DNA from: a virus | Taxonomy: Duplodnaviria; Caudoviricetes | Direction: 5' to 3' (one strand) | Virus record (IMG/VR): IMGVR_UViG_3300010965_000001 | Location: 96,001-160,000 of that record | Length of the DNA: 64,000 nt | Part shown: positions 8,230 to 17,002 of the stretch, piece after piece | Numbering within the stretch: the stretch's first letter is position 1 | Layout: each line of letters starts with the position of its first letter | Made by a program: the position numbers and the translations under genes | The notes under the pieces: model-generated | The model's input: the letters and a program-made list of their open reading frames with translations, nothing else | Database searches by the model: none | What the model was told of the DNA's origin: nothing

Positions 8230-10359
8230 ATGAAAAAGATTTTAATCGCAATATTACTTGCGTTAACGGTTCTCACATCGACTGCACATGCTGGTAAGTG
8301 GTTTACTACTTACTACGCGGTGTGGTCTTATCAAGCAGTTGGAACTGCACCAAATTCATGCCCACCGTGGGAAATTGATTGGAATGGACTAACACACATG
8401 GTGTTGTTTGACAATGGAAATGTAACACAGAATCCACCGTATTGGGCGTACATGTTTGCTGGAACTGGAAAACCAAAAAACGGAAATATACAAGCAGGTA
8501 GACCAACTGACACAGAATCGGACTCTACAGAAATTCATTATGCGGGAATTTCAAATCCAGGAAATGGAACGTGGCCTAAGTATTTGGACAGTCTTGTCAC
8601 AATTGGTCACAGAAACAACGTAAGAATGTTTATTACCATTCAAGGAGTAAATCCAACCAATCTAAATGCAATCGCAAATGACTCTGCAAAAGCACAGGTA
8701 TTAGTAAATACACTTGTTGCATGGGCTGAACGAAAAAAGTTTGATGGAGTTGAACTTGATTGGGAAGGGTGGGCTGTTCCACTTCCTCCAACTCCAATCG
8801 TAAGTAGATTTGTCCGTCTGTTGTATAGACGATTACAAACAATGAAAACAGGTCTTGGTGGAAGAGCGCAGTTGCTTGTTGCTGGCGGAAGCAATTATTG
8901 GGATAAGTATGACCCAGAACAAGATTATATGGTTGACCAATACAATTTAATGATGTATGACTACACATTTGCATGGGATGATGCCGCTGCAAGAAATGGA
9001 GTATGGCATATCTCTCCATTATATCATGGATATAAAGGTTCTTCGTACATGGGACTCAAGTGGGATTTCCCAAGTTGGCAAGGTGGTTCGTATGAAGACC
9101 GTGGACCTTTACAGTGGGCACAGAAAGGACATGATATTAAAAAGATGGGAATTGGTATACCGACATATGCAGATGTATACATCGGCACTAAAACCTTTAG
9201 AAGTGGATTCAGTCAAATCATGTCTAATGGTCCATATAAAGTTTATGAAGGACTAAAGTCAATTGGTGGTACAAAGGTTTGGGATGATGCTCAGAAGGTT
9301 GAACATACTTATGGAAGAACAACTGCGGCATATCCTTGGTGGTGGTATCAATCGATTCCTGCCAACACAGACTATTATGCAGTATCAGAAACTCCAGCAT
9401 CAATCGCAATGAAATACGAATGGATAGTTAAGATTGGCGCAGGTGGGGTAATGACATACGATTATTGCAATGACATGAATGGTGCATATCCGAAGGGTGA
9501 CAAACGTAGGCATCCGTTAAATAGAGCAGTAGGTGATGCTATTTTAGGATTGCCACCAACACCAGTTGACAGTTCGATTATTGCTCCTCCAGATACAACG
9601 GCAGTTCCACAACCTCCAGTGGATGGTGGAATGGATGTTACAAGTGATTCTATCTTCGTTGGTAAACAACTTATTACACCGTGGAATTCTGACCGTTCTT
9701 GGGCAATCGGTGTTAATTGGAATGGAGATTCGGCAGTAGTAAATTATTCCGCATGGGGTGGATTACAATTGGCAGTTGGTGGTTGGGATAGATATGTTAT
9801 CGTTGATACTGTTAAATATGACTCAATTAGATTTAACGTAAAGACTGTGGCAGGGAAGAATATTAACATGTTCAGTGGATTCCAAAGTTCAATAGATTCT
9901 GGATACATGCGCATTGATGTGAAATCATTCCCAGTGTCAGATAAATGGGCAACACAAACATTACACATTCCATTCCCTTGGTATATGTTCTATGTACAAG
10001 TATCTGATGGGTCTGTGCAAACAGTTTACTTCGACAACTTTATATTGATTCCAAAAGTTGGTGTGACGCCTCCAGATACAATAAAACCGATACCACCGGC
10101 GTGTGATACGGTATTTGTGACGGACACGGTTATAGTTGCTCCACCACTTAAAACACCAACTGCAAGTATTTCATCTATTCCAGGCACGACATTCTTAATA
10201 TGGAATTCATGTGGAGCAGATGCAGTTAAGATTGATAAGTATGGACCAGTGGCAACGACAGGACATAAGAATGTACTACTTACAAAGACTACTACGTTCG
10301 TATTAACAGCAACGAATAAGGCAGGAAGTGTAAGTGTATCGACAACGATGTTGAAGTAA
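8230..10359 (+). CDS. Secreted GH18 (chitinase-like) glycoside hydrolase with a CBM-like and an Ig-like C-terminal domain
   Basis: Sec signal MKKILIAILLALTVLTSTAHA; GLTHMVLF; catalytic FDGVELDWE; YNLMMYD; MGIGIPTY; GAGGVMTY; two Pro-rich linkers separate the C-terminal domains; SD AAAGGAG. Confidence 0.8.
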   Translation: MKKILIAILLALTVLTSTAHAGKWFTTYYAVWSYQAVGTAPNSCPPWEIDWNGLTHMVLFDNGNVTQNPPYWAYMFAGTGKPKNGNIQAGRPTDTESDSTEIHYAGISNPGNGTWPKYLDSLVTIGHRNNVRMFITIQGVNPTNLNAIANDSAKAQVLVNTLVAWAERKKFDGVELDWEGWAVPLPPTPIVSRFVRLLYRRLQTMKTGLGGRAQLLVAGGSNYWDKYDPEQDYMVDQYNLMMYDYTFAWDDAAARNGVWHISPLYHGYKGSSYMGLKWDFPSWQGGSYEDRGPLQWAQKGHDIKKMGIGIPTYADVYIGTKTFRSGFSQIMSNGPYKVYEGLKSIGGTKVWDDAQKVEHTYGRTTAAYPWWWYQSIPANTDYYAVSETPASIAMKYEWIVKIGAGGVMTYDYCNDMNGAYPKGDKRRHPLNRAVGDAILGLPPTPVDSSIIAPPDTTAVPQPPVDGGMDVTSDSIFVGKQLITPWNSDRSWAIGVNWNGDSAVVNYSAWGGLQLAVGGWDRYVIVDTVKYDSIRFNVKTVAGKNINMFSGFQSSIDSGYMRIDVKSFPVSDKWATQTLHIPFPWYMFYVQVSDGSVQTVYFDNFILIPKVGVTPPDTIKPIPPACDTVFVTDTVIVAPPLKTPTASISSIPGTTFLIWNSCGADAVKIDKYGPVATTGHKNVLLTKTTTFVLTATNKAGSVSVSTTMLK

Positions 10360-10360
10360 T

Positions 10361-10397
10361 AAAAAGGGAGTGCTCTTGGTAGGGCACTCCCATTTTT
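10361..10397. terminator. Bidirectional Rho-independent terminator
   Basis: AAAAA-GGGAGTGCTC-TTGGTA-GGGCACTCCC-ATTTTT between two convergent stop codons. Confidence 0.9.
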
Positions 10398-10401
10398 ATG
10401 C

Positions 10402-11313
10402 TTATTTTATAACTGTAAGTTTCTTCGTTTCTGAAAATTTATCTACGGTAAGACGATATACATACATACCGCTTGTCAAATCTGATGCAAGCAACACTCT
10501 TGAATAATTTCCTGCTGTAAGCGTCTCTGCAACAAGTGTCTTTACTTCTCTACCAGTAATATCAAATACTGTTAATCGTGCAAATCCACTTATTGGAAGT
10601 GTAAACGAAATTGTGGTAGAAGGATTGAACGGATTTGGGTAGTTTTGATTCAATAAGAATACAGAAGGTGCCAATATATTCACTTCAATTTCATCGGAAT
10701 ATGTGAACGCACCATCTCTATCAATCTGCTTCAATCGATACTGAACAGTTCCATTTGCAGTTTTATCAGTAAATGAATAATCCTTTGGTGAACTTGACGT
10801 TCCTGCCCCTGTAACAAATCCAACCTTTGTCCACACACCATCCCTACGTTCGATGTCAAACCCGAAATTATTAGTCTCTGTGGCGGTATTCCAATTAAGT
10901 GTTACGACAGTTCCCTTTGCCTGTGCGGTGAATGATGTAAGTTCAACAGGAAGTGCATCAAATAAAAAGTAATGACTTTGCTCTGAGGAATACCCAATCG
11001 CTTTTGCAGTTATTCTAAAACCATTGTGATATACGGTTGATGCGTTTACCTTTATATCTGTGAATTTTGCAACTCCACTTACGGTAGTTTTCGAAAGTGT
11101 TCCCGACAATGTACCTTCACCGTGAGTTAAACTAAGTGTGACAAGTGCTTCACTATCACCAGAATGCCACTTGTGAATTGCAACGATTGGCTGTTTTGAT
11201 AAGAGAACGTTTGCACTATCTCCGTTAGGTTGCTGGCTAAATTTAAGACTTGAACTGAAAGTAAAAGTCGTAACCATAAGTAACATTGTTAAAAGTTGTA
11301 TAAGTTTCTTCAT
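10402..11313 (-). CDS. Secreted protein with an Ig-like domain, an LPVELTSF domain and a type IX secretion system C-terminal sorting domain
   Basis: Signal peptide MKKLIQLLTMLLMVTTFTFS; LPVELTSFTA..VTLNWNTATETNNFGFDIER; C-terminus LNQNYPNPFNPSTTISF..LTVFDITGREVKTLV..LTSGMYVYRL..TKKLTVIK. Confidence 0.88.
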   Translation of the reverse strand: MKKLIQLLTMLLMVTTFTFSSSLKFSQQPNGDSANVLLSKQPIVAIHKWHSGDSEALVTLSLTHGEGTLSGTLSKTTVSGVAKFTDIKVNASTVYHNGFRITAKAIGYSSEQSHYFLFDALPVELTSFTAQAKGTVVTLNWNTATETNNFGFDIERRDGVWTKVGFVTGAGTSSSPKDYSFTDKTANGTVQYRLKQIDRDGAFTYSDEIEVNILAPSVFLLNQNYPNPFNPSTTISFTLPISGFARLTVFDITGREVKTLVAETLTAGNYSRVLLASDLTSGMYVYRLTVDKFSETKKLTVIK

Positions 11314-11360
11314 ATGTTTATCCTTTATATAGTTTTATGATAAGATTGTCTTATCACTTA

Positions 11361-11368
11361 TATAAATA
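11361..11368 (-). promoter_or_regulatory. Putative late promoter TATTTATA for the T9SS cargo gene
   Basis: Exact octamer about 47 nt upstream of the ATG, in the gene's orientation. Confidence 0.55.
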
Positions 11369-11394
11369 TACAAAGAATAAACTTCTGTAAATAG

Positions 11395-11428
11395 TTAGAA
11401 CTTTCTAATGAACATTAGAAGTTTCTAA
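11395..11428. repeat. Near-perfect 16-bp inverted repeat
   Basis: TTAGAACTTTCTAATG-AA-CATTAGAAGTTTCTAA, overlapping the HNH gene stop codon. Confidence 0.7.
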
Positions 11429-12114
11429 TATTTCCCCTTACTCAAATTCTCTTTCCACGGTAACATTGTCAAATTACTGTATTTTGCTATCTCTTTTGGA
11501 GGTATTCCATTGTCAAATCCACAACGAACTCCTACAATATGGTCTATTTGATATGCACCCTCTACACCGCAACGTCCACGTTTATCAAAATTTTCAAGAA
11601 TTGGATTCTCACGTAATGACTTATATGTCTCTTTCCATACGTCTGCTTTATATCGTTTCCAAATTGGAAATTTCTCTTCATACTCTTCCCATGAGGAGAA
11701 GCCTGCTTTGACGGCGCGCATTTGTTTTATACCATCCTCTGTTATGACATCGTTCCAAGTCTTTTTATATTTGTAATTTGCACATCCGTCACAAATTGCG
11801 TTTATTTTATCCGCACGTTTTCTATTATCATCCCTCGCATAATACAGCACTTTGCCACAGTCAGGACAGTTTCTTGTAAATTTAGCTGGTTCACTTTTCT
11901 TTCGTCGTGCCGTTTGGTCATGATTCGGTTTACGTCCTTTCAATGCCTTGGACAGTTGACTGCGTTGCTTCTTCGAAATAACTTTGCAATTAAGATTTGC
12001 CTTGCCACCGCATGTGCGACCATTTCTAATTGCTCCATCTCTATTACTTTTAGTTGAGTGATAAACAGTACCACCACATTTAGGACATTCTCTCGACCAT
12101 TCTGTAATTTCCAT
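11425..12114 (-). CDS. HNH endonuclease-like protein with two Zn-ribbon repeats
   Basis: RECPKCG and RNCPDCG..CDGC; C-terminal YQIDHIV...NLTMLPWKENLSKG. Confidence 0.7.
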   Translation of the reverse strand: MEITEWSRECPKCGGTVYHSTKSNRDGAIRNGRTCGGKANLNCKVISKKQRSQLSKALKGRKPNHDQTARRKKSEPAKFTRNCPDCGKVLYYARDDNRKRADKINAICDGCANYKYKKTWNDVITEDGIKQMRAVKAGFSSWEEYEEKFPIWKRYKADVWKETYKSLRENPILENFDKRGRCGVEGAYQIDHIVGVRCGFDNGIPPKEIAKYSNLTMLPWKENLSKGKY

Positions 12115-12141
12115 AATTTTTTCCTTTTATAGTTGTATTAT

Positions 12142-12170
12142 AATATAAGGAATATTTTGGTTAAAGTCAA
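12142..12170 (-). promoter_or_regulatory. Sigma70-type promoter for the HNH gene
   Basis: TTGACT (12170-12165), 17-nt spacer, TATATT (12147-12142), immediately after the capsid terminator. Confidence 0.65.
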
Positions 12171-12174
12171 GGCA

Positions 12175-12205
12175 TAAAAAAGGAGAGCGTTTCCGCTCTC
12201 CTTTT
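12175..12205 (-). terminator. Rho-independent terminator after the major capsid gene
   Basis: AAGGAGAGCG-GAAA-CGCTCTCCTT plus a T-tract on the minus strand. Confidence 0.9.
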
Positions 12206-12230
12206 CAAATCTACAACAATTACCACCAGA

Positions 12231-13883
12231 TTAAAGCGTCTGCAATTTGCAGATGACCTTCCCGTAAAACTCAGGGCGAACCATCTTCTTTGCATATCTT
12301 GTGAGCACGCCTTTTCTTGGTGTGAAATTTGACGGGTCATAAACCAACGGTGTCATAACAAGTGGCACGTATGGTGCATAAACCGCACCTGTCTCAAGGA
12401 ACTGCTGTCCACGGAATCCAACGAGGATTGTGTTTTCCAACATGTAAGGATTCTTATAGACGGTGAAGCGGTTGTTGATTGCTCCGACCTTCTGAACACC
12501 CATTGCATATTGCTGTTTGTCGCCATTCGTATCGGCCGAATATCCAGGAATTGACTCAAGGATTGTTGACACTTCTGGTGAACAGACAAGGAAGTTTGCA
12601 CCCCCTCTCATTGTACGCTGATGAATCTTGTTGCTTACCTTCTGAACCTTGGTAATCAACGTCTGATACCAGGTCTGCTGTGTGTATGCAGATGCTGCAT
12701 TAACACTTGAATCCATTTGGAATGTACTCGTACCTGCATCAAAATATTCACCAGTTCTCGCTGACCAATATTCCGTGGTCAATGCGTTTTGAATCAACAT
12801 GTCAAGGATTTCCAAATCGATTTCCATCGAGATGTATTCCGACAACATGCTTGTTAATTCTGCTTCCGCGTCGATTGAATGGAATGCATTCAAGTCTTGC
12901 GCGAATTCAGGTGTCCACACTGCTTTCAACTTACGTGTTTTTGCCACGATAGGAATCGAGCGCATCTCAATGTTGATTTCAGGGATAGCAAGTGTGTCAA
13001 GAATTCCTGAACCCACTGTATCTTCGAAGTCACCACGAGTTGTCTGTGTTGGTTGAACTTGGTACTGAACGTTAATGTCACCACCCGTTGCTGAACCACC
13101 CGAACCTGCAAGTGTACCAGAAACGATAAACTGAACCAATGTATCATTCGATACAAGTTTCGTGTATGCTGGGTAGAATGTTACAACTCTGGTTGCACTT
13201 GAACCACTGATGGTCCATGCACGAACACCATTCATGTCAGCGTTAGCCGATGTGAACGTCGATGCTGCCATCGTGACCTTCTGTAAACCAAATGATGGCT
13301 GTAATATAGAAGCCGAAAGGTTCATGTCATAATTCACATCTGCCCATGATGCTGAGGTAATTGTGAGTGACGATGACGCGAATGCAACACTCGTATCATT
13401 GATTGAATAACCAAAACGACCTGCACCATAAAGACCATTATTGCTAAGTGTCTCAAATGCTGAACCGCTTGTGTTACCGTACAACGATGTCTGCGAGTTG
13501 AAACCAGGCTGGTTGTTGTTATACTTAAAGTCTAAGTAGAACACAAGACCAGATGGAAGACTCATTGGTTGAACCGAAACGAATTCCTTCGAAGCGATTT
13601 CACCGAACACTTTACGAACCAATGGAAGTGCAACACCAGTCCATGCTTCCTGACCTGTGTTACCACCGATTGTTCCTGTGCCCGTTGCGTTTGCTTCTGA
13701 AATCAACTGTTTCGCTTGATTTTCAAGAAGCGTGCTCATTCCGTGCTTATCAAAGTCGGAACCCACACCTTCTAAAAGACCAGACTTTTCCCACTTGTCA
13801 ACAAGCTGTTTGGTCTCGTTAATCTGCTTGCGGTACATACCCTCTGTATTCACAAGTTTTTCTATGCCAGATAATGCGCTCAT
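12231..13883 (-). CDS. gp23: Major capsid protein
   Basis: LPLVRKVF, SVQPMSLPSGLVFYLDF, KTRKLKAVWTPEFAQDLNAFHSIDAEAELT, GAVYAPYVPL, GVLTRYAK; probable maturation site QLISE|A. Confidence 0.95.
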   Translation of the reverse strand: MSALSGIEKLVNTEGMYRKQINETKQLVDKWEKSGLLEGVGSDFDKHGMSTLLENQAKQLISEANATGTGTIGGNTGQEAWTGVALPLVRKVFGEIASKEFVSVQPMSLPSGLVFYLDFKYNNNQPGFNSQTSLYGNTSGSAFETLSNNGLYGAGRFGYSINDTSVAFASSSLTITSASWADVNYDMNLSASILQPSFGLQKVTMAASTFTSANADMNGVRAWTISGSSATRVVTFYPAYTKLVSNDTLVQFIVSGTLAGSGGSATGGDINVQYQVQPTQTTRGDFEDTVGSGILDTLAIPEINIEMRSIPIVAKTRKLKAVWTPEFAQDLNAFHSIDAEAELTSMLSEYISMEIDLEILDMLIQNALTTEYWSARTGEYFDAGTSTFQMDSSVNAASAYTQQTWYQTLITKVQKVSNKIHQRTMRGGANFLVCSPEVSTILESIPGYSADTNGDKQQYAMGVQKVGAINNRFTVYKNPYMLENTILVGFRGQQFLETGAVYAPYVPLVMTPLVYDPSNFTPRKGVLTRYAKKMVRPEFYGKVICKLQTL

Positions 13884-13914
13884 ATAATTTATTTCTCCTT
13901 CTTATGTTTGATTG

Positions 13915-15048
13915 TTATTTTGTAATTCCAGCCAATTTTTGGAAACGTGCTGCTAACTCTGTTCCTTCGTTAATAACTGACTTTTGGACAGTTGCTACAC
14001 TTGGACGTGTTGAACCTACTGTGCGTGATGCCATTGACTCAACAATCTTATGTGCCGAATTTGACTTAGGTGCTGCCTGTTTCATGCCTGTGAATGCTTC
14101 TTCTAACGTCGAATAAATGAGTTTGCACTCTTTCAACGTAATAGCGCGGTCAAGCGTTTCAATCACACGTAACTTCTGTGATTCATTCATTGAATGATTC
14201 TTGAAAAGTTTGTTTGTGAATAAAAGTTTAGCGTTCAAAAGGTTTACTTCGTTAAGTTTGCTACGTAAAAACACGATAACATTGCGGTGTTCTTTGAGGC
14301 TCTTCTTAACTTCATTTAATTCATTTGATGAAGGTGATGCTTCGTATTCATTCTTGAGTTCTTTGATAAGTTCTTCAAGATTGACTTCCTCTTCCATCTC
14401 TGCTTCATCACCTTCCTGTGCGATTTCTTCCTTTACTGCTGTGTAGGTAAGACCTGTCTTCTTCTTTGCGAATTGACTTCCAGCCTTCTCAACACCCTTA
14501 ACTGCATTTTTTTCTGCCTTGTTAGCACCAGTTGTATTCGAAGTTGTTAAATAATCTGCGGCTTCCGAAAGTGATGCTTCTTCTTCAAGTGCACGGACGA
14601 TTGAATCAAGTGAGAATTCATCAAGTTCTTCAGGCTCTTCTTCACCTTCTGCACCAAACTCATCACCACCATCTTCAGCTGGTTCTTCTTCGAAATCCAT
14701 ATCATCACCAACACCACCTTCTGCTGCTGCAGGAGTAAGTGTTACTGTACCACTGATATTGAATTGCTCTTCACCGCCACCCATTTCCTCTTCGCCGAAC
14801 TCTTCACCTTCTGGTGCGCCAAACTCTTCTTCACCAGCTGTATCTGCGCCAAACTCTTCTCCGCCTTCTTCACCACCACCAAACTCATCTTCTTCTTCGC
14901 CATCAACTTCATTTTGAAGAGTTGCGTTGAGCATTGATTGTAATTTAGGTGCGAATGCTTCTTCAAGAGCGGCTTTTGCGTTTGCCATTGCGGTCTCACG
15001 GACGGCTTTAGCATCTGCGATAGCCTCTCGTAAAAGGTCATCTTTCAT
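13915..15048 (-). CDS. gp22: Prohead core scaffold protein
   Basis: Directly upstream of the capsid gene; LLREAIADAKAVRETA..NAKAALEEAF, a very acidic middle, LNEVNLLNAKLLFTNKLF, RFQKLAGI. Confidence 0.75.
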   Translation of the reverse strand: MKDDLLREAIADAKAVRETAMANAKAALEEAFAPKLQSMLNATLQNEVDGEEEDEFGGGEEGGEEFGADTAGEEEFGAPEGEEFGEEEMGGGEEQFNISGTVTLTPAAAEGGVGDDMDFEEEPAEDGGDEFGAEGEEEPEELDEFSLDSIVRALEEEASLSEAADYLTTSNTTGANKAEKNAVKGVEKAGSQFAKKKTGLTYTAVKEEIAQEGDEAEMEEEVNLEELIKELKNEYEASPSSNELNEVKKSLKEHRNVIVFLRSKLNEVNLLNAKLLFTNKLFKNHSMNESQKLRVIETLDRAITLKECKLIYSTLEEAFTGMKQAAPKSNSAHKIVESMASRTVGSTRPSVATVQKSVINEGTELAARFQKLAGITK

Positions 15049-15082
15049 ATTGTTTCTCCTTTAATATTGTATTTAGGGAATC

Positions 15083-15224
15083 TTAACTTATTGAGAAGTT
15101 AAATAGAAGTGTAATATTTTTTTGCAAACCCCATATATGGTAGGCATGGGGTATTTAATATAAGTATAAACAAATTTCGGAAACGAGCAATTTATTTAAA
15201 AATATTTTGCCTGTTTCCGAAATT
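15083..15224 (-). promoter_or_regulatory. Structured intergenic leader of the scaffold-capsid operon
   Basis: Perfect 12-bp inverted repeat (15173-15184 / 15213-15224), a TACTTATA promoter variant (15159-15166), and hairpins at 15128-15152 and 15083-15102. Confidence 0.55.
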
Positions 15225-15231
15225 ATGTTAA

Positions 15232-15447
15232 TTAGTATTTCTCTTTTGCTTTTGCCTCTGCCGTTTCATATTCATTACGTCTGATTGATGAAATGTGTTT
15301 ACGTCTCTTTTTTGCCGAAGGTTTTTCAAATTCACGATGAAGTTCAAATTCTTCTAATACCTTAAAGTTCTTCATCTTACGTTTGAAATCTTTAAGTGCG
15401 AATTCTAAATTACCATTCTTAACTGCGACTACGATGTTTGTTGCCAT
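15232..15447 (-). CDS. rpsU: Phage-encoded ribosomal protein bS21
   Basis: IVVAVKNGNLEFALKDFKRKMK..VLEEFELHREFEKPSAKKRRK matches the S21 pattern; 71 aa and basic. Confidence 0.88.
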   Translation of the reverse strand: MATNIVVAVKNGNLEFALKDFKRKMKNFKVLEEFELHREFEKPSAKKRRKHISSIRRNEYETAEAKAKEKY

Positions 15448-15473
15448 AACTATTTACCCTTTATGTTGTGTGT

Positions 15474-16121
15474 TTAATATTCTTTTTTAACAGATGGTTT
15501 AGGTGCCTGTTGCATCTTTCCCTTCTTTGCTTGATTTACTGCCGCGGCCGCTTCTTCATGTGACATTCCTTGCTTCGTTCGTAATTCATAATACTTTGAA
15601 CCTGCATGTGTATTCAATGGTTCACGTGCTTCATTCAAATCATCTTCGGTGTTTGTAACTTCCGCCTGTTTGTGTTTACGATAGTATGCTTCCTCTTCTA
15701 TCCCAACGGGACTTTCGTCCATTCCCATCGCTTCCATCTGTTCATCTGGAACATCGAAGTAACGATTTAAGATAACACCCATATCCTCATAGAGAGTTAA
15801 CATTCTCTGTTGGAGTGCCTGTGCTTCACCAGCGACTTTGGCAAACTCTTTAGCATATGTTTTAAGTTCTTTTGTATTACGTTTGATGGTAATATTATCG
15901 AACCATGTATCACTCTTTGATACTAAATAGTGTTCAGCGTTCTGCGCAAGGGAGTCAAAATATTGTGCAATCTGCTTGTATTTACCTAAGTTATATAGTA
16001 TTTTGCCAAGAGATTTAAACTTCGTAATCTGCTTGTCAAAATTACCTTTAACCTGCTCAATATTAACTTGTGGCTGGTCTTGCTTGTCCTTTATTTGTTC
16101 GTACATTTCTTTAAGTTTCAC
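15474..16121 (-). CDS. Probable head core protein
   Basis: Leader MKLKEMYEQ; helical WFDNITIKRNTKELK..LYEDMGVILNRYF; lies in the head cluster. Confidence 0.5.
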   Translation of the reverse strand: MKLKEMYEQIKDKQDQPQVNIEQVKGNFDKQITKFKSLGKILYNLGKYKQIAQYFDSLAQNAEHYLVSKSDTWFDNITIKRNTKELKTYAKEFAKVAGEAQALQQRMLTLYEDMGVILNRYFDVPDEQMEAMGMDESPVGIEEEAYYRKHKQAEVTNTEDDLNEAREPLNTHAGSKYYELRTKQGMSHEEAAAAVNQAKKGKMQQAPKPSVKKEY

Positions 16122-16122
16122 G

Positions 16123-16986
16123 TTATTCTCCCATTATGTGTTTTATGGATTGCTGAACCGCTTCTCTAATTTCTTGATTTGTTACTTTTGGTGATGGTCT
16201 TGTTGGTAAAATCGACTGCTTTGGTTCTGCATTTACTTCAGGTTCTGCACCGAAATCTTCTTCACCTTCGGGTGCTCCTTCGTCATTACCGATGATTTCC
16301 AACGTTACGGAACGATTTAAGAATGCACCACCTGTTAAATGCTTTAAGTCCACTCTTGAAATAGATGAACCTTTAACACCAAATTTCAGATATGACATTC
16401 TATGACCACTTGATACATCAACTAATGAGACTTTAATCGAATCTTGAATAAGATGAAAATCACCTTCTGCAAGTTTCAATCCTTGATTCTTTGCTAACAC
16501 ATTTGTAATATAATTTGTTGTTTCTTCATCGAAGTTGAAGTTCAATACCACCCGTGGTTGATTGTCTTCTATTTCAACTTCAATTTCACCAAATGTGATT
16601 TTTGCTTCTCTTGGTGCATCACCCTGTTCTGACAAGAGTTGTGCATCTTCTGTTAAGTTGTATCGTTCGAAAAATTCGACCAATTGACCAGCAAGTTCAA
16701 TACGTTCATTCTTAGGGAACATTTCATTCCATAAATATTTGCGAACTGTCATTTCCGCTATGTATTTCTTCGCTGCGAACTCAACAATCGACATAATATT
16801 ATTCTTTGCTCCTCTGTTAGAGTAGTTTTCCTTCATAACTTGTGAGCGTAAATGTTTGAATGACGGAACCACCTTCTGATTGAATGTCTGCCAATCCTTA
16901 AAGATATACTCTTTTAAGGTTTGAATGCCAATCTTATCTTCGGCTGGAATCTCTTTTCGTTCATTTAAGATGTCAGTAAGTTTCAT
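16123..16986 (-). CDS. Probable head core protein
   Basis: Leader MKLTDILNE; internal LTE and LSE sites; acidic tail GAPEGEEDFG. Confidence 0.45.
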   Translation of the reverse strand: MKLTDILNERKEIPAEDKIGIQTLKEYIFKDWQTFNQKVVPSFKHLRSQVMKENYSNRGAKNNIMSIVEFAAKKYIAEMTVRKYLWNEMFPKNERIELAGQLVEFFERYNLTEDAQLLSEQGDAPREAKITFGEIEVEIEDNQPRVVLNFNFDEETTNYITNVLAKNQGLKLAEGDFHLIQDSIKVSLVDVSSGHRMSYLKFGVKGSSISRVDLKHLTGGAFLNRSVTLEIIGNDEGAPEGEEDFGAEPEVNAEPKQSILPTRPSPKVTNQEIREAVQQSIKHIMGE

Positions 16987-17002
16987 TATTTATTCCTTTT
17001 TA

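Noticed and set aside
8084-11424. Host chromosomal DNA or a prophage boundary at the GH18/T9SS genes
   Set aside because: Phage structural genes continue in order on both sides, and both genes carry the phage promoter motif and SD style. No integrase or att-like repeat was seen. Read mapping is still needed to exclude a chimera.
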